DNA of 32,000 bases, from the NCBI RefSeq assembly GCF_001548275.1, contig NZ_AP014945.1, positions 300,001-332,000 on the forward strand, written 5' to 3'. Within the stretch, counting starts at the first letter, position 1, and each line of letters starts with the position of its first letter. A model generated the notes under the pieces. It saw nothing but the letters and a program-made list of their open reading frames with translations, searched no databases and was not told where the DNA came from. A program made the position numbers and the translations under genes. Source of the DNA: Caldimicrobium thiodismutans. Its GTDB lineage: Bacteria > Desulfobacterota > Thermodesulfobacteria > Thermodesulfobacteriales > Thermodesulfobacteriaceae. Below are positions 24,840-32,000 of the stretch, in pieces.

Positions 24840-26786
24840 TTGAAAGTAGCTGTTGATACAGGAGGCACCTTTACAGACTTTGTCTGGAGAGAGGAAGGGG
24901 CTTTAAAAATTTTTAAAATCTCTTCAACACCCAGGGATCCAGCCTTAGCCATTCTTAAGGGGTTAGAAGAGCTTGAATTTGAGACTCTTATCCATGGGAC
25001 AACTGTTGCTACCAATGCCTTTCTTGAGAGAAAGGGTGAAGAATTTGTTTTGCTCACTACTGCTGGTTTTGAAGATATAATTTTTATTGGACGCCAAACA
25101 AGGCCAAAACTCTATGACCTTTTTGTGGAAAAGCCAAAACACTTCATTACACCTGAGAATGTATTTGGGGTCAAGGAAAGAATAGGGGTAAGGGGAGAGA
25201 TTATCCGGGCCCTTGAAGAGGAAGAAATTAAGAGGGTTATCAGAGAAATAAAAAATAGAGGCCTTAAAAGTGTAGCCCTAAGCTTTCTCCATAGTTATAT
25301 AAACCCTATTCATGAAAAGATGCTAAAGGAGTCCCTGGAGAAGGAATTAAAAGCTGAAGTCAGTGCTTCTTTTGAGATTCTTCCTGAATTTCGTGAGTAT
25401 GAAAGAACTTCAACCACAGCTATAAATAGCTATTTAGTTCCTGTGATTAGGCGCTATTTGGAAACACTTAAAGATAAATTTCCCCAAAAGCAGATTTTTA
25501 TTCAACAGTCAAATGGAGGCTTTATAGATCTTAAAGAGGCCCAGAAATACGCTATACATACTATCCTTTCTGGTCCAGCAGGGGGAGTTTATGGAGCTTT
25601 GATTTTTGGGAAAAGCCTTGGTTTTGAAAAATTGATAACCTTTGATATGGGTGGAACTTCAACGGATGTTTGTCTTATTGATGGAGGGCTACCCTTTACT
25701 AAGGAATATCTTCTGGATAGTTTCCCTGTGGGAATTCCGGTCATAGATATTCATACTGTTGGAGCAGGGGGAGGATCTATAGCCTATGTTGATGCAGGGG
25801 GAGTGCTTAAGGTTGGTCCTCAAAGTGCAGGGGCTGACCCAGGGCCAGCCTGTTATGGAAGAGGTTTCCTTCCAACCGTGACAGATGCCAATCTTGTCCT
25901 GGGAAGGATTTTACCTGAGAGATTTTATGGTGGAAAACTTCACCTTGATAAAGAGCGATCCCTTAAAGCAATTTCAGAGATTGCTCAAAGGATAGGGCTC
26001 TCACCCTTTGAAACAGCTCTTGGTATTATTAAAATAGCCAATACCCATATGGCAAGAGCCATCTCAAAAGTAAGTGTAGAGCGGGGGTTTGACCCAAGAG
26101 AGTTTGTCCTTTTTACTTATGGAGGCTCTGGAGGTCTTCATGCCTGTGCACTGGCAAGAGATTTAGGTATTCCCAAGATTTTAGTTCCAAAATTTGCTGG
26201 AGCCTTTTCAGCCTTTGGCCTTTATTTTGCAAATCTCATAAAGGATTTTTCTCAAACTGTCCTTATAAGACTTGAAGAAAAAGCAAAATTAAGGGATTAC
26301 CTTTCTGAACTCAAAGATAAGGCCTTAAGATATTTACTTAAAAAGGGGGAAAATATAGAGGATTATGAGGTTGAAATTTTTGCTGATTTGAGGTATTTAG
26401 GACAGGGCTATGAACTGACAGTTCCTTTTGGAGAGGATCTCAAAAGGGCCTTTGAAGAGGAGCATGCCAAATTTTACGGATATGTTCTTTACAATCACCC
26501 TCTTGAAGTGGTAACCCTGCGTTTGAGGATAAGAAAGGGGACACCCTTTGCAGGGTTTCAAGTTGAGGAAAGAACTCCCTCTTTTTCTCATTTTGAAGGT
26601 AAGATTTATACAGATAAGGGTTTTCAGGATATAAAAATTATAAACTGGGAGGTCTTAAAAGAAGGAGAAAGTTTGAAAGGGCCGGCCTTGATTATAGAAG
26701 ATTTTACCACCCTTTATTTAGAAGAGGATTTTTATCTGAAGGTGTTGAAAAATAAAACCCTTCTGCTTGAAAGGATTGAGAGTTGA
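24840..26786 (+). CDS. Hydantoinase/oxoprolinase family protein, A (HyuA-like, ATP-binding) subunit
   Basis: VAVDTGGTFTDF, HGTTVATNA, FDMGGTSTDV and GAGGGSIA are family motifs. TTG start. Confidence 0.9.
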   Translation: MKVAVDTGGTFTDFVWREEGALKIFKISSTPRDPALAILKGLEELEFETLIHGTTVATNAFLERKGEEFVLLTTAGFEDIIFIGRQTRPKLYDLFVEKPKHFITPENVFGVKERIGVRGEIIRALEEEEIKRVIREIKNRGLKSVALSFLHSYINPIHEKMLKESLEKELKAEVSASFEILPEFREYERTSTTAINSYLVPVIRRYLETLKDKFPQKQIFIQQSNGGFIDLKEAQKYAIHTILSGPAGGVYGALIFGKSLGFEKLITFDMGGTSTDVCLIDGGLPFTKEYLLDSFPVGIPVIDIHTVGAGGGSIAYVDAGGVLKVGPQSAGADPGPACYGRGFLPTVTDANLVLGRILPERFYGGKLHLDKERSLKAISEIAQRIGLSPFETALGIIKIANTHMARAISKVSVERGFDPREFVLFTYGGSGGLHACALARDLGIPKILVPKFAGAFSAFGLYFANLIKDFSQTVLIRLEEKAKLRDYLSELKDKALRYLLKKGENIEDYEVEIFADLRYLGQGYELTVPFGEDLKRAFEEEHAKFYGYVLYNHPLEVVTLRLRIRKGTPFAGFQVEERTPSFSHFEGKIYTDKGFQDIKIINWEVLKEGESLKGPALIIEDFTTLYLEEDFYLKVLKNKTLLLERIES

Positions 26787-28330
26787 AGCCCTTTGAACTT
26801 GAAATATTTAATAAGCTTCTCTCAAGTGTAGCTGAGGAGATGGGGGCAGTGTTAAGGAGATCATCCTTTTCTCCTAATATCAGAGAAAGGGCAGATTTTT
26901 CCTGTGCTATCTTTGATGCCGAAGGGGAGCTTGTTTCTCAAGCCTCACATATTCCCGTTCACCTGGGAGCCATGCCTGAAACCATGAAAGTGCTTCTTCC
27001 TCTTTTTGAATGGCAAGAGGGAGATATAGTGATTACTAATGACCCTTTCCATGGAGGAACTCATCTTCCAGATATTACTTTAGTCAAACCAGTTTTTCAC
27101 TTGAGGGAGCTACTTTTCTTTCTAATGGTAAGGGCTCATCATAGTGATGTGGGTGGAAAAGTTCCTGGGAGTATGGGGCTTTGTGAAACCATTGAAGATG
27201 AGGGAATAAGAATAATACCTGCCTATCTTTATAAAAAGGGTATATTACAGGAGGTCTTTCTTGAAGCCCTGTTGAAGGAGATGAGAAATCCTTATGAAAG
27301 AAACGGAGATTTTAAAGCTATGATTTCTTCTTTACAGAGAGGAGAGCTAAGAATTCAGGAGCTTTTGTTTCGTTATGGTAAGGAAACATTGCTTTCTGCC
27401 ATAGAGAAACTTAAAAATTATACAGAAAGAGCCTTTTTAGAATTATTAATGGGTATGCAAAAAGGAAATTTTACCTTCACTGATTATCTTGATGGAGATG
27501 GTTTTGAGGCCTCGGATATTCCAATAAAGGTAAGGGTTGAAATTACTTCAGAGGGGGTGTTATGTGATTTTTCAGAAAGTCCTCCACAAGCTAAGGGTCC
27601 GGTTAATGCCCCAAGGGCTGTTACAGTTTCTTCAGTTTATTATGTTTTTATCTCTCTTTTGAATACTCTGGGAGAATTTCCAATAAATCATGGATTATTC
27701 AGGCGGATTCAAGTTATTACAAGGCCTAAAACTCTTCTTTCTGCAGAATATCCCGCTGCTGTCTCAGCCGGGAATGTGGAAACCTCTCAGAGGATTGTTG
27801 ATACCCTTCTTGGAGCTTTACATGAGGCCATTCCAGAGTTAGTTCCAGCGGCATCCTGTGGTAGTATGAACAATATCTCCTTTGGAAATAGGCAAATGGC
27901 TTATTATGAGACCATCGGGGGAGGAATGGGGGCTCGTCCAGGTAAAGAGGGCCTCTCTGCTGTGCACACGCATATGACTAATACCATGAATACTCCAATT
28001 GAAGCCCTTGAGCAGGTCTTCCCCGTTAGGATAGAAAGTTATGCCATAAGAAGGGGCTCGGGAGGTAAAGGACTTTTTTCAGGAGGTGATGGGATTATAA
28101 GGGAATATCTTTTTCTTAAGCCTTTAACCGTGAGTCTTTTGACAGAAAGAAGGAAAAATCCTCCCTATGGTCTTAAAGGTGGTTTAAAGGGAGAGGTGGG
28201 GAAAAATTATCTCCTAAGGGATGGACAAAAGATAGAACTTCCTGCTAAATGCACCTTAGAGGTTAAAAGTGGGGATAAAATCAGAGTAGAAACCCCTGGT
28301 GGAGGGGGATGGGGAAAAAGTCAATCTTGA
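26783..28330 (+). CDS. Hydantoinase B/oxoprolinase family protein (HyuB-like subunit)
   Basis: SPNIRERADFSCAIFD, NDPFHGGTHLPD, NVETSQRIVD, and a C-terminus with GGGGWG. The TTG start overlaps the HyuA stop (TTGA). Confidence 0.9.
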   Translation: MKPFELEIFNKLLSSVAEEMGAVLRRSSFSPNIRERADFSCAIFDAEGELVSQASHIPVHLGAMPETMKVLLPLFEWQEGDIVITNDPFHGGTHLPDITLVKPVFHLRELLFFLMVRAHHSDVGGKVPGSMGLCETIEDEGIRIIPAYLYKKGILQEVFLEALLKEMRNPYERNGDFKAMISSLQRGELRIQELLFRYGKETLLSAIEKLKNYTERAFLELLMGMQKGNFTFTDYLDGDGFEASDIPIKVRVEITSEGVLCDFSESPPQAKGPVNAPRAVTVSSVYYVFISLLNTLGEFPINHGLFRRIQVITRPKTLLSAEYPAAVSAGNVETSQRIVDTLLGALHEAIPELVPAASCGSMNNISFGNRQMAYYETIGGGMGARPGKEGLSAVHTHMTNTMNTPIEALEQVFPVRIESYAIRRGSGGKGLFSGGDGIIREYLFLKPLTVSLLTERRKNPPYGLKGGLKGEVGKNYLLRDGQKIELPAKCTLEVKSGDKIRVETPGGGGWGKSQS

Positions 28331-28776
28331 GTTTCTGAAAGCTCTCTATATCTTCTCAAAGCCATTCCAATATCTGTTCTTGAGATAATACCTTTCAAGT
28401 TTTTTTTCAGAATCTACAACTAAAAGCCTACCAATTCCATAATTTATCATCTTTTCAAGAGCTTGAGCAGGTGTTTCATTTTCAGTGGTAGTTACAATCC
28501 CAACGATTTTTCCTTTTCCCATAACCGGGAGACCACTAAAGATGCCTTTGCATTAATTCTTGGGCATAACTGAGGGGAGTTTCAGAATTAATGGTTATTG
28601 TATGCGTCCATATCTTTTTACTTAATGGGATTTTTTTCTACCACTTCTTTTATAAGAAAATGAATCTGTATAGGAGATTTTGTTAGGTCAACCCTATGTG
28701 TTTGCTCTCTTTTGGCTCTCCCTCTTACCTCTCACCTTTTTTCACCCTTTTTTTCTAAGTATGTTCTCCCAAGCAT
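28321..28776 (-). pseudogene. Decayed CBS-pair domain gene (in-frame stop, at least 3 frameshifts, internal deletion)
   Basis: My hand translation of the minus strand gives CBS-like pieces in three frames: IHFLIKEVVEKNPIK* / KKIWTHTITINSETPLSYAQELMQRHL* / IFSGLPVMGKGKIVGIVTTTENETPAQALEKMINYGIGRLLVVDSEKKLE / GIISRTDIGMALRRYRELSETQD*. The linker between CBS1 and CBS2 is missing. No ORF of 60 aa or more exists here on either strand. Confidence 0.6.
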
Positions 28777-29030
28777 TTACTGATATCTCCTTATCTTTCT
28801 GTAAAGCTCCTTTACCTTTCCGCCCACTCTTTCCTTTGAAATAAGCTTTGCGAAAGAACTAAGCTCGTGAATTCAAGAGGGGTGAAGTAGATAGTTTTTT
28901 TCTGAAGGTTCAAGAGAGGAGTTAATTGCACATTTAGGAGATTTTTTATATGAGGCAACGATAAAATTTTGAATAGATTTTTAATGAGGCAATTCGTTGC
29001 ATTGTAAATAATTAAAATAGGGCTAAAATT
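28737..29030 (+). repeat. Copy B of the dispersed repeat of about 260-300 bp (core 28737-28998), here upstream of nth with no rpn gene
   Basis: See copy A. Same orientation, same order of conserved blocks, and the two ATGAGGCAA 9-mers at 28950-28958 and 28984-28992. Confidence 0.85.
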
Positions 29031-29056
29031 TGAATAAAAATTAGAGGGAAACGAAG

Positions 29057-29695
29057 ATGGAGCTTAAAGAAAAGGTAAAAGAGGTGATTAAAAGGCTTAA
29101 AAAGGCCTATCCTTCAGCCCGAATTGCCCTAAATTTTCAGAATCCCTTGCAACTTCTTATAGCCACAATTCTTTCAGCCCAGTGCACCGATGAAAGAGTT
29201 AATCAGGTAACTGCGGAGCTCTTTAAAAAATATCGCACAGCTAAAGACTTTGCTTCTGCACCTATTGAAGAGCTTGCCCTGGATATTAAAAGCACTGGAT
29301 TTTTCCAGCAAAAAGCAAAATACATCAAAGAGGCCTGTCGGATTTTAGTTGAAAAATATGGTGGTGAGGTCCCCAGAACCATGGAGGAACTCCTTGAGTT
29401 GCCCGGGGTTGCAAGGAAAACAGCCAATATTGTGCTTTCCAATGCCTATGGGGTTATTGAAGGTATCCCTGTGGATACTCATGTTTCAAGGCTTGCTCAG
29501 AGAATTGGTCTTGTTAAATCTAAACAGGCGGAAAAGATTGAGAAGGAGCTTATGGAGATTGTCCCAAGGGAGGACTGGTTTATATTTCCCTATCTTTTAC
29601 AGGCCCATGGAAGAAAGATCTGCTTAGCAAAAAAGCCCAAGTGTCCTGAGTGCTTTTTAAAGGACCTTTGTGATGCTTACCTATCCCAAAATTGA
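29057..29695 (+). CDS. nth: Endonuclease III (DNA glycosylase/AP lyase)
   Basis: HhH-GPD motif LPGVARKTANIV, a catalytic Lys and Asp region, and the C-terminal 4Fe-4S cluster loop C-x6-C-x2-C-x5-C (CLAKKPKCPECFLKDLC). Confidence 0.95.
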   Translation: MELKEKVKEVIKRLKKAYPSARIALNFQNPLQLLIATILSAQCTDERVNQVTAELFKKYRTAKDFASAPIEELALDIKSTGFFQQKAKYIKEACRILVEKYGGEVPRTMEELLELPGVARKTANIVLSNAYGVIEGIPVDTHVSRLAQRIGLVKSKQAEKIEKELMEIVPREDWFIFPYLLQAHGRKICLAKKPKCPECFLKDLCDAYLSQN

Positions 29696-30446
29696 CCCAG
29701 TTATATTTAAAGTAGGGCCCTTTCAGATCCGCTGGTATGGGCTGATGTATTTGTTAAGCTTTTTAGTAGCCCTTTTTCTTTGTAGATACCAACTCAAAGA
29801 AAGGGGGAGAGCTGAGCTCTACCCTCTCCTTGAAAATCTTCTCTTTTATAGCTTTATTGGTCTTGTAGTAGGGGCAAGGCTTGGATTTTGTTTTTTTTAT
29901 TACCCTGATTACTTTCTTACTCATCCCTGGGAAATTCCAGCGGTCTGGCAGGGAGGAATGTCCTTTCACGGAGGAGCTATTGGTGCTATTCTTACCGGCT
30001 ATTTTTATCTTAAAAAGAAGGGAGAACACTTTCTTTACTGGGCAGACCTGGTTATAGTTCCAGCCCCCCTTGGACTTTTTTTCGGAAGGATTGGAAATTT
30101 TATAAACGGTGAAATCTTTGGTAAACCCTCCAATCTTCCCTGGGCTATGGTTTTTCCAGAGGGAGGCCCTATTCCCAGACATCCCGTTCAGCTCTACGAA
30201 TCCTTAGTCACAGGTCTTTTTCTTTTCTTGCTTCTCTGGAGTATTAGGAATAAACCCTGGAAAGAGGGGGCTAAACTCTCTTTTTTCTTAATTGTCTATG
30301 GTATTTTGAGATTCCTTTTTGAATTTTTACGCGAGCCTGGACAGAGCTTTAGCTTACTTTTTGGCTGGATGACCATGGGACAGGTTCTTTGTCTCGGTAT
30401 GATATTTACAGGTTCATTACTATTGTTTTACATCCATAGGAAGTAG
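29673..30446 (+). CDS. lgt: Prolipoprotein diacylglyceryl transferase
   Basis: IDPVIFKVGPFQIRWYGLMY, GGMSFHGG, GRIGNFINGE(I)FG and RHPVQLYE. An alternative GTG start lies at 29670. It overlaps the nth 3' end. Confidence 0.9.
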   Translation: MLTYPKIDPVIFKVGPFQIRWYGLMYLLSFLVALFLCRYQLKERGRAELYPLLENLLFYSFIGLVVGARLGFCFFYYPDYFLTHPWEIPAVWQGGMSFHGGAIGAILTGYFYLKKKGEHFLYWADLVIVPAPLGLFFGRIGNFINGEIFGKPSNLPWAMVFPEGGPIPRHPVQLYESLVTGLFLFLLLWSIRNKPWKEGAKLSFFLIVYGILRFLFEFLREPGQSFSLLFGWMTMGQVLCLGMIFTGSLLLFYIHRK

Positions 30447-31244
30447 TTCTTCAATGGCTTTTGCTATCTCTTTGGCCTGATTAAAGGCCTGGGAAAAAAG
30501 TTGGTAGGCAAGAGAATCTCTCCGATTTAAAATTTTTGTTAAATCCTGACAGTTTTTACAGAGGAGATTTCTGAATTTTTTTCCAAAGGGGTTTTCAAGT
30601 TGAATACGGGCATAGAGTCCCTCATCTTGTTTGGCAAGCCTTTTGAGGATTTCAAGCTGGCCAAGAAAACTTGGAGTGGAAAGGGCTATAAGCTCCTCAA
30701 CTTTGAAATTAGCTGAATGAATAAGATTGCCAAGGAGCATTAACCAGAAGTGATTTATAACCTGCACAAGGCCCATAACCTCATCATGTCTTTTGGGGTG
30801 AATTTTCACCACCCTTAGTCCAGCTTTGCTGAAAACCTCTGAGATCCAGAGATAACCCTTTTTTCCACGCAAGGGATAAAGGGCAACTGTTTTTCCCTGA
30901 AGATCCCTCTCATAAGGGCCAAAAAGAGGATGTCCTGCTATAAGCTCTCCTTTTTTAAGAACTCTTCGCATGAGCCTTGCTGGTTCAAGCTTGAGAGAGC
31001 AGATATCCATGATCCAATGATGTCTCTCCACATAGGGGGCTATTTCAACTACAACCTTAGCAAAAACCTCCATCGGGAGAGATAGAAGAATAAATTTAGA
31101 CCTCTTCATAAGTTCGGGAAGACTTAATCCCCTTTCCACATCCGATATCATTACAGAATAGCCCCTTTCCTCAAAGAATCTGTGAAAGAGTCTTCCCATT
31201 TTTCCTGCGCCACCTACTATCCCTATACTAAAGTTTTCGTCCAT
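30420..31244 (-). CDS. tyrA: Prephenate dehydrogenase (TyrA family)
   Basis: Rossmann N-terminus IGIVGGAGKMG, then DICSLK and AGHPLFGP motifs. SD AGGGGGG upstream. Confidence 0.8.
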   Translation of the reverse strand: MDENFSIGIVGGAGKMGRLFHRFFEERGYSVMISDVERGLSLPELMKRSKFILLSLPMEVFAKVVVEIAPYVERHHWIMDICSLKLEPARLMRRVLKKGELIAGHPLFGPYERDLQGKTVALYPLRGKKGYLWISEVFSKAGLRVVKIHPKRHDEVMGLVQVINHFWLMLLGNLIHSANFKVEELIALSTPSFLGQLEILKRLAKQDEGLYARIQLENPFGKKFRNLLCKNCQDLTKILNRRDSLAYQLFSQAFNQAKEIAKAIEELLPMDVKQ

Positions 31245-31309
31245 TTAAGCCCCCCTGATATCAATTTGTAATCAAAAGTCTAATCCAGAGCAAGGTTTCC
31301 CCTGAACTG

Positions 31310-32000
31310 TCAAGCTATCTCAGAGAGTTTTAGTCTTTCCTCCCATCTTCTAAAAAGTTCTTCCCGCAAAGCTGGATACCTTTCAAGGGTGGGGTCTTCT
31401 TTAATAAGTTCAAAGGCTGCTTCTTTGGCCAGCAGAAGAAGATCTATATCTCTTACTGGATCTGCCCTTTTAAATTCAATAAAACCGGATTGCTGAGTCC
31501 CGAAGATATCCCCTGGACCTCTAAGGTGCATATCTGCCTCTGCTATCTTAAAGCCATCATTGGTTTTACACAGAACCTGCAGGCGTTTGTAAGCTTCACT
31601 TTGGAAAGAGATCTTGTAGGCTATCAAGAAACAATAAGATTGTTTATCACTTCTACCTACTCGGCCCCTCAACTGATGTAACTGCGAAAGCCCAAATCTT
31701 TCAGCATGTTCAATAACTATGACTGTTGCATTGGGAACATCCACCCCTACTTCAACGACAGTTGTTGAGACAAGCACATCTATCTCTCTTCTTTTGAAGG
31801 CCTGCATAACCATGTCTTTTTCCTGAGAGCTCATTTTACCATGTAAGATACCCACCTTGAATTCAGGAAATATATCTTCTTGAAGCTCTTTCCCGTGAGT
31901 AAGGACTGCCTTTAAGTCCAAGGCCTCGGACTCTTCAATAAGGGGTAAAATCACATAGGCCTGATGCCCTTTCTGGAGCTCCTTTCTTACCTCTTCATAA
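31310..32000 (-). CDS. recG: ATP-dependent DNA helicase RecG, C-terminal part; 5' end lies outside the window
   Basis: HGKMSSQEKDMVMQAFKRREIDVLVSTTVVEVGVDVPNATVIVIEHAERFGLSQLHQLRGRVGRS (helicase motifs V and VI). The frame stays open upstream of the GTG at 31954 to the window edge (...YEEVRKELQKGHQAYV). Confidence 0.9.
   Translation of the reverse strand, partial: YEEVRKELQKGHQAYVILPLIEESEALDLKAVLTHGKELQEDIFPEFKVGILHGKMSSQEKDMVMQAFKRREIDVLVSTTVVEVGVDVPNATVIVIEHAERFGLSQLHQLRGRVGRSDKQSYCFLIAYKISFQSEAYKRLQVLCKTNDGFKIAEADMHLRGPGDIFGTQQSGFIEFKRADPVRDIDLLLLAKEAAFELIKEDPTLERYPALREELFRRWEERLKLSEIA

Noticed and set aside
475-29030. The two direct repeat copies could delimit a 28-kb mobile or excisable island.
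   Set aside because: The intervening DNA is almost entirely core housekeeping genes (der, dnaK, argS, dsrC, motAB and so on) with uniform composition. I saw no integrase, tRNA target or att-like ends. The repeats could still mediate deletion or duplication, but an island is not supported.
29763-30182. 139-aa minus-strand ORF inside lgt.
   Set aside because: The plus frame has all the Lgt signature motifs. The antisense product has none, and there are no start signals.
1-32000. Scan for tRNA, rRNA, tmRNA-like or CRISPR repeat-spacer structures in the intergenic regions.
   Set aside because: The intergenic spaces are short, apart from 352-774 and 28331-29056. I saw no cloverleaf-compatible T-arm motifs and no regularly spaced short repeats. 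A run of tRNAscan or Infernal would be needed to be certain.

Overview
Compact, AT-rich bacterial chromosomal segment with K/E/I-rich, thermophile-like proteins. Many adjacent genes overlap by 1-25 nt. A stand-alone canonical DsrC (C-terminal CKMAGLPKPTGCV) points to a dissimilatory sulfate/sulfite reducer, possibly Thermodesulfobacteria-like; the taxon is a guess and is not verifiable here. About 33 protein genes are supported, almost all housekeeping: partial 5-formyl-THF cyclo-ligase, YggS, ComEC, archease, an ASKHA/DUF4445 protein, Der, a PilZ-MotA-MotB operon, family II PPase, NadC, GrpE-DnaK-PdxA, a 1228-aa AsmA/YhdP-like protein, an RluA-family synthase, CooT-like protein, ArgS, a SPOR protein, a GNAT, DsrC, ComEA, a HAD hydrolase, a hydantoinase A/B pair, Nth, Lgt, prephenate dehydrogenase and partial RecG. 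I saw no rRNA, tRNA or CRISPR array. The non-housekeeping signal sits at two places. (1) At 475-1797 an intact Rpn/YhgA-like PD-(D/E)XK nuclease gene is preceded by a conserved non-coding block of about 260-300 bp. The gene has no Shine-Dalgarno sequence, a sharp internal codon-usage break, and a candidate internal start for its C-terminal domain. (2) At 28321-29030 a second direct copy of that block lies next to a frameshifted CBS-domain pseudogene, with no rpn gene after it. Both copies carry two ATGAGGCAA 9-mers spaced 34 bp apart, and on the minus strand a strong SD, an ATG and a homologous 14-15-codon ORF. In copy B that short ORF is in frame with the CBS remnant. My best reading is two reciprocally decayed copies of a divergently transcribed CBS-gene/rpn module. 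This is inference only. Secondary points are a translationally coupled archease-ASKHA pair with no RtcB in the window, a PilZ gene abutting motAB, a His-less ComEC C-terminal domain, and a CooT-like gene followed by a small Cys-rich ORF.
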